A stretch of DNA of 64,000 nucleotides, taken from positions 640,001-704,000 of the forward strand of contig CAVXTH010000009.1 of assembly GCA_963764625.1 (NCBI GenBank), given 5' to 3'. The notes beneath the pieces are model-generated. The model was not told the origin of the DNA. It made no database searches and was given only the letters and a program-made list of their open reading frames with translations. A program made the translations under genes and the position numbers. The stretch's first letter is position 1, and each line of letters opens with the position of its first letter. The DNA comes from Candidatus Krumholzibacteriota bacterium (GTDB taxonomy: Bacteria; Krumholzibacteriota; Krumholzibacteriia; JAJRXK01). Of the stretch, positions 38,208 through 48,011 are shown in pieces.

Positions 38208-40615
38208 AGCACGGAAGGGCCCGGCTTTTTCTCTTGGCTGATTCTCACTCTCCGACTCGCACCGTCTTGCGCGCACTCGTCGCGGGGTTTCTCTTGCTCG
38301 CAGTGATCGCGTCGTTCCGTCCCTCTGAAGCAAGGGCCGATACGGTACTCCCTGAGCTCTTGAGCGCGGCGAGGCCTTCGACCGCGCGCGCGGAGTTCGC
38401 CGACATCCAGGATTCAACCTGCGCCGACACCTCTTCGTTCGCGCTGGTTCTGGGTGGGGGAGGTGCGCGGGGTTTCGCCGAGATCGGCGTGTTGAAAGTG
38501 CTCGAGGAGGAGGGACTGCGGCCCGCGCTCATCGTGGGCAGCAGCATGGGAGCGGTGCTGGGAGCGCTTTACGCTTGCGGGTATTCGGCCGCGCAGCTCC
38601 AGGAGATGGTGCGCGAACAGGATTGGTTCTCCCTGTTCAACAATGGTCGGCTCGCGCCCGCGCGTCTGCAAGGGGGATGGCACGGACTACCGCCGACGCA
38701 GCTCGCTCTTCTACTCGATCGTCTTCCGCCGATGCTCCCGCGCAGTCTCTCGGGAGGCCAGGCGATCACCGAGCTCATCGGAAGACTCAGCGCGGAAGCG
38801 CTCCTGCGCGCCGACAACGATTTCGATCGTCTTCCGATCCCATTTCGGGCCGTGGCGGTCGACCTGCACGACGGACGGATCGTCGTTCTGCGTAGGGGGG
38901 CGCTCGCCCGCGCGGCGCAAGCCAGCGGGACCATTCCTCTGCTCCTCCCGCCGGTCCGCATGGAGGGGCGAGAGCTCGTCGACGGCGGATTCCGGGCCAA
39001 CAACCCAGTAGAACTCGCGCACATCCTGGGATTTCGTCGCACCCTCGTGGTCGACGTCAGCAACATCTTCCTTCCCGACAAGAAGAGTCCCGAGGACCTG
39101 TATCAGATGTGGATTCGCTCGATGGAGCTGCAGCAGTACTCCGGCAATTTCGTCGAGCCGGCGCCCGGAGACGTCGTCCTGCACCTTCCTCTGCAGAAGT
39201 ACCGCAGTCTGAGTTTTTCGGGCATCGATGAGATGGTGCAAATCGGCTACCAGTTCGCCGACGCCCGGCGCGATCTGCTCGATTCCCTGCGAAGCGGTGG
39301 AGTGCATTCTCCAGGAGGCGTTGCGGCTCACAAGCGAAATCCAAGTCAGGCGTGGCGCTGAAACACCTAGCTTCGACGGTCAGAGCTCAACCGAGCGGCC
39401 GCGCCCCGTCGAGTCGGTGAAGGAGGTGCGCGTCGAGGGTCTGGATCTTGGCGATGGCGACGGCATGAGCGCCGCGGAACTGCACCGCCGACTCGGGATC
39501 GACGAGGGCGATCGGCTGAAGCTGAGCGATGTCTACCGCCGCCTGAAGCCCTTGGGGTACGCCCCTGGAGTGGAGAGCGCCTGGATCGAGGTGGATCGCG
39601 CGGAAACCTCGCCCTCGACTCGCGATGCCGCCGAAGCACCCGCGACCGCAGTGCGGCTGCGCCCCCATCTCGAACTGCGGCGCGGTCCACGTCTGCGATT
39701 GGCCGGTCACGTGATCACGGACGACACCGCCGCGATTCTGGCCCGGCTTCACCAGGCGCGCCTGCCGCTCGGGGGCGGCGAGGTAGCCCTCGGTTCTCGC
39801 TACAGCGAACGAACTGCGGCCAGCGAGCTGCGTCTGCGCCAGGGGATCCCGCCCGGTAGCCGGTTCTCGCTCACCGCGAGCTTCTCCTGGTCGAGAGATC
39901 GCCCATGGGTCTACGAGCAGGGCCTGAGAATCGATCGATTGGCGATCCAGGAGAACCGTGCGCGCCTCGAACTGGGCCTGGCCCTGCCCCACCCGGGGGC
40001 GCAACTGCGGCTCGGCCTGCAAAGCAGCCGTCTGGCCAGCTATCGGGAGAGCCGCGTGGCCTTGGAGGAAGTGGCGGGCCCGCAAGCACCGCCACCGGAT
40101 TCACCGCGGAGCTGGAAAGCGGAGTCGAGACTGGTCTCTCACAGTCTCGGGCTCTCGGCTATCGCGTACGCTACTGGCGGGGCGTCCCCGCGTGGGGGGA
40201 CTTGGGGTTCTGGCGCGTGGAAGGAGGCGCAGTGGGGGTGGCCCATGGACCGGGCCGGCTGCGGCCCTCGGCCGCGGTCGGTTTCGTGCACGGGTCGGCC
40301 CATCTACCCGTGGCTCTCCGAGGGCGCGCCGGCGGACCCTTCGGTTGGACGGGTTTGCGGCGCGAAGAGATCTTCGCATCACGCCTGTTGTGGTCACGGG
40401 TTGGCTTGGGATGGCAGCTCGCCGGGACGCTACGCTTGGGGGTGGCTGCCGCGGTGGGTTGGAGTGACGAAGAGAGTCTGCGTCGTGCCTCAGCTCTTGG
40501 CGGAGCCGGGGTGGAGCTCGCCTGGAAAACACCCCTGGGCCCGTGTCGGATGAGCTGGGCCGTGGCCGAACGACGCAACGGCGCTATCTTCGTGCAGCTC
40601 GGTCCCGAGTTTTGA
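38204..40615 (+). pseudogene. patatin-like phospholipase + POTRA + Omp85-like barrel (PlpD-like), split over frames; pseudogene or assembly errors
   Basis: GGGGARG, GSSMG and DGG in 38204-39361; POTRA-like and beta-strand region in the frame of 39228-40553; terminal TPLGP...FVQLGPEF in the frame of 39905-40615. Confidence 0.7.
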
Positions 40616-40644
40616 AGTCTCGAGCCACCGACCTGCGGATCTCC

Positions 40645-41088
40645 ATGAACTCTCATTCGAAACGCATCCTCTTCGTCTGCTACGCGAATGCGTGCCGCAG
40701 CCAGATGGCCGAGGGCTTCGCGCGGGCATTGGGCCCTCCTGATCTCGAGGTGGAGAGCGCGGGGCTCATGGCCGCGGGGCTCTTCGGCGAGACCGTCGCC
40801 GCGATGGCACAGGTGGGGATCGACATTTCCCATCAGACGAGCAAGAGCGTGGCGCAACTCGATCTCTCTTCCTTCGACTACATCGTGACCCTCAGCGACC
40901 AGGCCCACGGGCGGCTCCGCCAGCGCTACCCCGAGCTGATTCTGCTCCACCACCCGGTCCTCGATCCGGCAGGGGTCGGCGGCAGCCATGAAGAACGTAT
41001 GAAAATCTTCAACTTAACGCGTGAAGATGTCCACGAGGTGGTCCTGGAGGTCTTGGCTCAGATCGCGCGCGAGTCCAAACGAGCCTGA
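40645..41088 (+). CDS. LMW phosphatase / arsenate reductase ArsC-like protein
   Basis: LFVCYANACRSQMAEG P-loop, ESAG, GIDIS, DP. Confidence 0.85.
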   Translation: MNSHSKRILFVCYANACRSQMAEGFARALGPPDLEVESAGLMAAGLFGETVAAMAQVGIDISHQTSKSVAQLDLSSFDYIVTLSDQAHGRLRQRYPELILLHHPVLDPAGVGGSHEERMKIFNLTREDVHEVVLEVLAQIARESKRA

Positions 41089-41127
41089 ATCCGCCCAATC
41101 GCTTTCATCCGAGATTTTGCGTTGACG

Positions 41128-41175
41128 CCCCAAGGTCTTGTGGTAGGTTGCGGCAATGGGCACTAGATCTTGTGT
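41128..41175. promoter_or_regulatory. tandem NrdR boxes overlapping the nrdJ promoter
   Basis: CCCCAAGGTCTTGTGG (41128-41143) and GCACTAGATCTTGTGT (41160-41175), 32 bp apart, resembling the acaCwAtATaTwGtg consensus; -35 TTGACG at 41122. Confidence 0.78.
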
Positions 41176-41312
41176 GGGAGCCCACTTTCGCATCTTCTGA
41201 AATTCCAGGGTCTTAGGCCCTTGCCCCTGTCCGGAACGCCGCCGGAATCCCCTTGGGGAATCAGTCGCGTTTCATCAACAAGTCAAGCTAAGGACGAGGA
41301 GAGGTTGTGGAT

Positions 41313-44102
41313 ATGGCGTCGCAGGAAACGAAACTCGCAGTCGGGCAGAAGAAGAAGAGCCGGACGGCACGAAAGGGCATCCGGGTGGAGCGCCGCTTCA
41401 CCCAGCCGGGGGTGCATCCCTTCGACACACTGGATTGGGAACTGCGAACCGCGACGATCACCGACGACAAGGGTGAGGTGCTCTTCCAACAGAAAGACGT
41501 GGAGGTGCCGGCGGCGTGGACGCAGTTGGCCACCAACGTCGTGGTCTCCAAGTACTTCCGCGGAACGGTGGGACAGCCCGGACGCGAGAGCAGCGTGCGA
41601 CAGATCATCATGCGCGTGGTGGACACGCTCGTCCGCTGGGGAAGCGAGGGAGGCTACTTTGCGAGCGACGACGATCGCGACGCCTTCCGTGACGACCTCA
41701 CGCACATGCTCGTGTACCAGATGATGAGCTTCAACAGTCCTGTCTGGTTCAACATGGGAGTGGAGACCAAGCCGCAGTGCTCGGCTTGCTTCATCAATTC
41801 GGTGCAGGACAGCATGGACTCGATCATGGAATTGGCCAAGACCGAGGGCATGCTCTTCAAGTGGGGCTCGGGAACCGGGAGCAATCTCTCTCCACTGCGT
41901 TCCTCGCGCGAGTCACTCTCCACCGGAGGGGTGGCTTCGGGTCCGGTGAGCTTCATGAAGGGCTACGATGCCTTCGCCGGCGTCATCAAGAGCGGCGGAA
42001 AGACCCGGCGCAGCGCGAAGATGGTCATCCTCAACGCCGACCATCCTGACATCGTCGATTTCATCAACTGCAAAGTGGAAGAGGAGCGCAAAGCCTGGGC
42101 GCTGATCGATGCCGGCTACGATGGTTCGTTCTCCGGAACCGCCTATAACTCGGTCTACTTCCAAAACGGCAACAACTCGGTGCGGGTCAGCGACAGATTC
42201 ATGCAGGCGGTCGTCGACGATGGTGAGTGGACGACGCACGCAGTGCAGGATGGTCGCGTCATGGACACCTATCGTGCGCGCGATCTCATGCGCATGATCT
42301 CCGAGAGTGCGCATGTCTGCGGTGATCCCGGAATGCAGTACGACACGACGATCAACGACTGGCACACCTGCAAGGGCACCGATCGCATCCACGCCAGTAA
42401 TCCGTGCAGCGAGTACATGTTCCTCAACGATACCGCCTGCAATCTCGCGTCCCTGAATCTGCTGAAATATCGCGACGAGCACGGCGAGTTCAACGTGGAG
42501 GCCTTCGAGCACGCGGTCGATCTGACTATCCTGGCTCAGGAGATCATCGTCGACAACGCGAGCTATCCCAAGCCGATCATCGCCGAGAGGAGCCATCGTT
42601 TCCGCACGCTCGGGCTTGGCTACGCAAACCTGGGTGCTCTCCTCATGAGCCGCGGGATTCCTTACGACAGCGACGAGGGCCGCAACTACGCGGGGGCGAT
42701 CACCGCCATTCTCACCGGCCGGGCCTACCGGCAGAGCGCCGCGATCGCCGGAAGCCTCGGACCCTTCCTTGGCTATGAGGAGAATCGCAAGCCGATGCTC
42801 GGGGTGATCGACAAGCATCGCGCGGCGGTGGACGGCATCGACGCGAGCACGGTACCCGACGAGATGATGCAGGCGGCGCGCGAGTCGTGGCGTCAGGCCT
42901 ACGAGCTGGGCGAGCGTAACGGCTATCGGAACAGTCAGGTCACGGTTCTCGCCCCCACCGGGACGATCGCATTCATGATGGACTGCGACACCACGGGGAT
43001 CGAACCCGACATTGCGCTCGTGAAATACAAGAAGCTGGTGGGCGGCGGCATGCTCAAGATCGTCAACCGCACCGTACCCGAGGCGCTGACGCGCTTGGGA
43101 TACTCCAAGAACGAGAGCAAGGCGATCGTAGCCTACATCGACGAGCACGAAACCATCGAGGGAGCGCCGGGTCTCAAGGACGAGCACCTCACGGTCTTCG
43201 ACTGCGCGTTCAAGGCGGTCAACGGGCAGCGCTCGATTCATCACATGGGCCACGTGCGCATGATGTCGGCGGCACAGCCGTTCCTGTCGGGCGCCATCTC
43301 CAAGACGGTGAATCTCCCCGAGAATTGCACGGTGGAGGACATCACGAACTGCTACCTGGAGGCCTGGAGGCTGGGCCTCAAGGCCATCGCGGTGTACCGC
43401 GACGGTTCCAAACGGCTCCAACCGCTCAATACGGGGCATAAGAAAGCGGTGGTCGAGGCGAAGAAGGTGGAAGAGTCGGCATTTACGCCGCTGCGCCGTC
43501 ACCTTCCCGACGAACGTCCGGCGTTGACCCACAAGTTCTCCATCGGCGGGCACGAGGGCTACATCACGGTCGGACTCTTCGACGACGGTCGGCCCGGCGA
43601 GCTCTTTGTGCGCATGGCGAAGGAGGGTTCGGTCATTTCGGGCCTCATGGATGCCTTCGCCACTGCGGTGAGCATCATGCTTCAGTACGGGGTGCCGCTG
43701 CACGTCATGGTGAACAAGTTCAGTCACAGCCGCTTCGAACCCAGTGGCTTCACCAATAACCCGGAGATCCCACACGCCAAGAGTCTCATGGACTACATCT
43801 TCCGTTGGTTTGCTCTGAAGTTCGAAGGGGGAGACGTTCAGACCCCCGTGGTGCAGCTTCCCGGCATCGATCCCAGCGAACCGCTGCCGTTGCCCGAGCT
43901 CAGTGCGAGCGACACGGGGAATGGAAACGGGAACCGGAGCGAGAAGCGGCGCAGTCACGCGGCCAACGTTCTGGCGAACGAAAAGGTGGTCTTCGAACTG
44001 CAGAGCGACTCGCCGCCGTGTTCAGAGTGCGGATCGGTGATGGTCCGCAACGGTAGCTGTTATCGCTGTATCAACTGCGGTTCGACGAGCGGGTGTAGCT
44101 GA
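41313..44102 (+). CDS. nrdJ: class II (adenosylcobalamin-dependent) ribonucleotide reductase
   Basis: FNSPVWFN, PQCSACFI, GGKTRRSAKM, SNPCSEY, LGLGYANLG, APTGTI, AISKTVN; C-terminal Zn ribbon CSECG...CINCG. Confidence 0.96.
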   Translation: MASQETKLAVGQKKKSRTARKGIRVERRFTQPGVHPFDTLDWELRTATITDDKGEVLFQQKDVEVPAAWTQLATNVVVSKYFRGTVGQPGRESSVRQIIMRVVDTLVRWGSEGGYFASDDDRDAFRDDLTHMLVYQMMSFNSPVWFNMGVETKPQCSACFINSVQDSMDSIMELAKTEGMLFKWGSGTGSNLSPLRSSRESLSTGGVASGPVSFMKGYDAFAGVIKSGGKTRRSAKMVILNADHPDIVDFINCKVEEERKAWALIDAGYDGSFSGTAYNSVYFQNGNNSVRVSDRFMQAVVDDGEWTTHAVQDGRVMDTYRARDLMRMISESAHVCGDPGMQYDTTINDWHTCKGTDRIHASNPCSEYMFLNDTACNLASLNLLKYRDEHGEFNVEAFEHAVDLTILAQEIIVDNASYPKPIIAERSHRFRTLGLGYANLGALLMSRGIPYDSDEGRNYAGAITAILTGRAYRQSAAIAGSLGPFLGYEENRKPMLGVIDKHRAAVDGIDASTVPDEMMQAARESWRQAYELGERNGYRNSQVTVLAPTGTIAFMMDCDTTGIEPDIALVKYKKLVGGGMLKIVNRTVPEALTRLGYSKNESKAIVAYIDEHETIEGAPGLKDEHLTVFDCAFKAVNGQRSIHHMGHVRMMSAAQPFLSGAISKTVNLPENCTVEDITNCYLEAWRLGLKAIAVYRDGSKRLQPLNTGHKKAVVEAKKVEESAFTPLRRHLPDERPALTHKFSIGGHEGYITVGLFDDGRPGELFVRMAKEGSVISGLMDAFATAVSIMLQYGVPLHVMVNKFSHSRFEPSGFTNNPEIPHAKSLMDYIFRWFALKFEGGDVQTPVVQLPGIDPSEPLPLPELSASDTGNGNGNRSEKRRSHAANVLANEKVVFELQSDSPPCSECGSVMVRNGSCYRCINCGSTSGCS

Positions 44103-44142
44103 GCGGAAGTCTCGACCTTAACTTGCTCACCGTTATTTCGCC

Positions 44143-44178
44143 AGGGGGGCTCGCATCTCGAGCCCCCTTTCGACTTTT
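44143..44178 (+). terminator. intrinsic terminator after nrdJ
   Basis: GGGGGCTCG-CATCT-CGAGCCCCC followed by TTTCGACTTTT. Confidence 0.65.
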
Positions 44179-44454
44179 CCCTGGCAACGGCAATCGAATT
44201 TGTGCCAGGATGGATTCATGCCATGACCTCGGATCCCCCTCCGCCGCACACACGCTCTCGTTGCCGCGGACCTGTCCTGGCTACTCCGGGTATGGAGGGG
44301 TCCCATGCATTCGAACGCAGGTGGGTTCACGACCTGCGCCGCTTTTGATCAGTTCCATCCAGCTGCGCCCCGCACTGCTCCGCCGGTGACCTTTCGATGC
44401 CCGTTGTGAGTCACGGAGTTCGTGCCCAATGAACCCCATTCGAAGGGACATATC

Positions 44455-46011
44455 ATGACAATTGCTACCAGGATCACTCGGGCGTCCTTGATTGGCGCCC
44501 TTCTTCTGCTTTTCGTTCCCCCGCTCGTCTCAGCTCAGGTCATCGATGATTTCGAACAGGGTGCATTTTTTCTGGGCGGAACCACATTTGACAGTGCGAT
44601 CCAGACCGGCCTTCTGTCAGTTCACTGCATTACCACCACCCGGGCCGACCGCATGTACATCAACGGAACCACGAGCGGGGCGGACCTCTCCCTCTTCAAT
44701 GTCGACAATCAGGTCACCACGGTGTGGGGAAACGGCGGGGGACGTCTCGAGTTCGACTATGATCCCACTCTGGTTGATCTCACCTACGCGGGTGCACTCA
44801 ATGCCTTTCGCGTGGACATGCCGACTGCGGTGGCCGCCGGCCAGCTCGAAGTTCTCGTGCGCGACGATACGGGAATCGAGGAATTCACCACCCAATCGAT
44901 CACCGGATCGGGTGTCTATTTCTTTCCGTATTCCGACTATTCCACCGCCGACCTGAGAAATGTCGAGTTCATTCGCCTGAGCCTCGAGGTGCCGGACTTC
45001 GGCGACTATCACATCGCGGACTTTCGTGCCTGGGAATTGCCTGCCAGCGCTTCGGGCGCGGACGTCACGACCGGCGCGATCACCGGGCCGCCGTATCCCA
45101 CGGAAGCACTCCAGATCGCCATGAGTGACATGGATCCCGGCAGTGGCTTGAACGTAGAGACCGAAATACTCGCGCTGTCGTTGCGGGATTTCACCGATAC
45201 CGGGGGGCCAGTAGGGGACGTGGAAATGACCGCCAGCGATTCCGGCGGTGGCATCGGGATGCCGGGCGAGCAGGTGGGGATCGTCATAGTGAATAACCTG
45301 GTGCCAAAGCAGGCCGCGACCCATTATCGCACTCTCGTGCTCAGGGTCCAGGTTCAAGCGATCGGAAATTACGCGCCCGTCCTGGGCATGAGCCCGAAGA
45401 TGATCCATCCGCCGGATCCCGGCCTCAATACAGCCTTTGGCCTTCAATTCAGCTCCTATTCGATGGACCGCGACGGAGCCGCCCAGTTTCGCACGACGCA
45501 CTGGCTCTCCCTGGAGGTCCCTGAAGGATCAGGTCTGAGTTTCTCAAATATCCAGCTACCAGCAGTCCAGATGGGGGACAGCTTCTTCGACATCACCTTC
45601 GACGTAGACACCGATGCGATGTCATCTGTCTTTGCGACCTCCATCTTGGCGGAAGCGGCAGGGGCACCGCTTGTGAGCATGCAGCTCAACGCATCGTCGT
45701 TTAACTACGGTTCAACGACCGGTGTCGGCGCCTGGAGTGGCAATCAGAGCTTCAAAGTCTGGGCCCAGCCCAACGTGATGGGAGAGACCACGCAATTGAG
45801 ACTCAGCCGCGCACTGAACCGTAGGGTTCAGCTCCAGCTTTTCGATCTCGCCGGGCGCGCCGTGCGCACCGTCACCGTGCCGGCGGGCCGGGACTTCGTC
45901 ACCTGGGACGGGCGTGACGACCACGGCAACAGTGTTGCCTCGGGCATGTACATGCTTCGTGCCGGGGCTGGGGTCGAGTCCAAAGCCGCGAAGATCGTGA
46001 AGATACGCTGA
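44455..46011 (+). CDS. secreted protein with C-terminal FlgD-Ig-like domain
   Basis: Signal ending VSA-QVIDDF; C-terminus QPN...LFDLAGRAVR...WDGRDDHGNSVASGMY...KIVKIR. Confidence 0.8.
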   Translation: MTIATRITRASLIGALLLLFVPPLVSAQVIDDFEQGAFFLGGTTFDSAIQTGLLSVHCITTTRADRMYINGTTSGADLSLFNVDNQVTTVWGNGGGRLEFDYDPTLVDLTYAGALNAFRVDMPTAVAAGQLEVLVRDDTGIEEFTTQSITGSGVYFFPYSDYSTADLRNVEFIRLSLEVPDFGDYHIADFRAWELPASASGADVTTGAITGPPYPTEALQIAMSDMDPGSGLNVETEILALSLRDFTDTGGPVGDVEMTASDSGGGIGMPGEQVGIVIVNNLVPKQAATHYRTLVLRVQVQAIGNYAPVLGMSPKMIHPPDPGLNTAFGLQFSSYSMDRDGAAQFRTTHWLSLEVPEGSGLSFSNIQLPAVQMGDSFFDITFDVDTDAMSSVFATSILAEAAGAPLVSMQLNASSFNYGSTTGVGAWSGNQSFKVWAQPNVMGETTQLRLSRALNRRVQLQLFDLAGRAVRTVTVPAGRDFVTWDGRDDHGNSVASGMYMLRAGAGVESKAAKIVKIR

Positions 46012-46030
46012 GTTCGGCGTCCAAGAGGGC

Positions 46031-46250
46031 TCAGGCGAACTTGACGAACCTGGGTACATACGCGATCGAATCGACGACGAAATGGGGAACTGACGCCGCT
46101 ACGGGCCACCGCGTCCCCGCGGTATTTTCCCGTGCGTACCACTGCGCCCCGCAGTCCGCAGGTTTGTGCCCCGCCCACGTCGCTGAGCACGTCGTCGCCT
46201 ACCATGGCGATGCGATCGAGCGAGGCGTCCTTCAGCCTCAGCGCAGGGCG
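46031..46250 (-). pseudogene. C-terminal remnant of a HAD-IIA hydrolase (TIGR01458/LHPP-like)
   Basis: AMVGDDVLSDVGGAQTCGLRGAVVRTGKYR, then after a frameshift PHFVVDSIA...stop at 46031; the N-terminal part is absent. Confidence 0.75.
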
Positions 46251-46348
46251 TCTCATGAGATGCCTTCATCGGGAAGTTCACCTATCCTCGTCTGCGGGTT
46301 CCTCGACCCTTTGCCTCCCAGCGAACAGAATCCCGAGGAGTTGATCTC

Positions 46349-47872
46349 ATGAAGACGCCGTTCCTGGCCGGAAGCGTAGCTCTGCTCGTCCTCCTCGCCG
46401 CGTTCTCAGTTCTGTGGCCACCGATCCTCTATGGTCTGATTCTCCTCGGCCCCGCCATCTTGATTGGTCTGTACGACGTCTTCCAGGAAAAGCACACCAT
46501 TCTGCGCAATTTCCCCTTCATAGGGCACTTTCGCTATCTCCTGGAGTCCATCGGCCCCGAATTGCATCAGTATTTCGTGGAGGACGGAACCGACGGGAAA
46601 CCCATCGATCGCAACCACCGGGCTTATGTCTACGAGCGAGCCAAGCGGGTGCAACAGACCCATCCCTTCGGCACCGAGCTCGACGTGTATCGCTCGGGCT
46701 ACGAGTGGATGTACCACTCGATCTATCCCGCCGCCCGCATGAACGAAGCGCCCCGCGTCACGATCGGCGGCTCCGCGTGCCGGCAACCCTACTCCGCCAG
46801 CATCTTCAACATCTCGGCCATGAGCTTCGGCGCGCTGAGTTCGAATGCGGTGACCGCGCTCAATCTCGCTGCCCGCGAAGGGCAGTTCTTCCACGACACC
46901 GGAGAGGGCGGAATCTCTCCCTATCATCTTCAAGGGGGCGACCTGGTATATGAAATCGGCACCGGCTACTTCGGTTGCCGCAACCCGGACGGCAGTTTTT
47001 TCCTGGAACGCTTCAAAGAGCAAGCGGCCCGTACGCAGGTCAAGATGATCGAAATCAAACTCTCCCAAGGGGCCAAGCCCGGCCACGGGGGAGTGCTTCC
47101 CGCCGCGAAGAACAACCGGGAGATCGCCGACATTCGCGGCCTGCATCCGCACACGATCGTCATCTCTCCGCCGGCGCACACCGCGTTCTCCGACGCGCGG
47201 GGGCTGCTCGAGTTCATACAGCTCCTGAGGGAGGCCTCCGAAGGCAAGCCGATCGGGTTCAAACTCTGCGTGGGAAACCGCGCCGAATTTCGCGCGATCT
47301 GCGAGGAGATGGTCACCACCGGTATCAAGCCCGATTTCATTACGGTGGATGGCGCGGAGGGTGGCACCGGCGCCGCGCCGATCGACTTCTCCAACTATGT
47401 GGGCATGCCGATGGAGGAGGGGCTGATCTGCGTCTGCGATCTCCTGTGCGGCTTCGACTTGAAGAAGGACATTCGCGTTCTGGTCGCGTCCAAGATCATC
47501 ACCGCCTTCGACGTGTTCCGCGCCATCTGTCTGGGGGCGGACCTGTGCAACTCGGCCCGGGGCATGATGCTGGCGCTCGGATGTATTCAGGCCCTGAAGT
47601 GCCACACCAACCGCTGTCCCAGCGGCGTCGCCACCAATGACCCCCGGCTGCGGCGCGGGCTCGTGGTGAAGGACAAGTGGGTTCGGGTGAAGAACTACCA
47701 TGACGCGGTGGTGGACGAGTTCCTCGATCTGGTGGTGGCGGCAGGGGTCAGTGATTTGGCCCAGCTCGGCCGCGACCGTATCTACAAGCGCATCAGCAGC
47801 CGCGAGATCAAGTCCTTTGGCGAGCTCTACCCCGAGATCGAGCCCGGATCGCTCCTCCCCTCATCCTCCTGA
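46349..47872 (+). CDS. FMN-binding glutamate synthase family protein
   Basis: ISAMSFGALS, TGEGG, EIKLSQGAKPGHGG, DGAEGGTGAAP, GCIQALKCHTNRCPSGVAT. Confidence 0.92.
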   Translation: MKTPFLAGSVALLVLLAAFSVLWPPILYGLILLGPAILIGLYDVFQEKHTILRNFPFIGHFRYLLESIGPELHQYFVEDGTDGKPIDRNHRAYVYERAKRVQQTHPFGTELDVYRSGYEWMYHSIYPAARMNEAPRVTIGGSACRQPYSASIFNISAMSFGALSSNAVTALNLAAREGQFFHDTGEGGISPYHLQGGDLVYEIGTGYFGCRNPDGSFFLERFKEQAARTQVKMIEIKLSQGAKPGHGGVLPAAKNNREIADIRGLHPHTIVISPPAHTAFSDARGLLEFIQLLREASEGKPIGFKLCVGNRAEFRAICEEMVTTGIKPDFITVDGAEGGTGAAPIDFSNYVGMPMEEGLICVCDLLCGFDLKKDIRVLVASKIITAFDVFRAICLGADLCNSARGMMLALGCIQALKCHTNRCPSGVATNDPRLRRGLVVKDKWVRVKNYHDAVVDEFLDLVVAAGVSDLAQLGRDRIYKRISSREIKSFGELYPEIEPGSLLPSSS

Positions 47873-47886
47873 AGGAACCGCGCCGT

Positions 47887-47919
47887 CTTCATCGAATCCT
47901 CACACTTTCCTCACACTGC
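47887..47919 (+). promoter_or_regulatory. Pho box (three 11-bp direct-repeat units) upstream of pstS
   Basis: CTTCATCGAAT | CCTCACACTTT | CCTCACACTGC; the 11-bp periodicity is typical of PhoB/PhoP sites. Confidence 0.68.
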
Positions 47920-48011
47920 CCGCTGTCTTCCCTGCTTATATCAGTCTTGGTCGGTTCCAGAAGGCGAAGCCATTCGGAGCTTCATCAGGCACATCAAGGG
48001 GAGAGAAGCCA

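Noticed and set aside
41313-44102. Intein or intron in nrdJ
   Set aside because: Normal length, contiguous motifs, and no splice or homing-endonuclease signatures.
44180-44450. Riboswitch or sigma54 promoter upstream of the secreted-protein gene
   Set aside because: A few short inverted repeats but no recognisable aptamer; the minus-strand TGGCAC lacks GG-N10-GC spacing.
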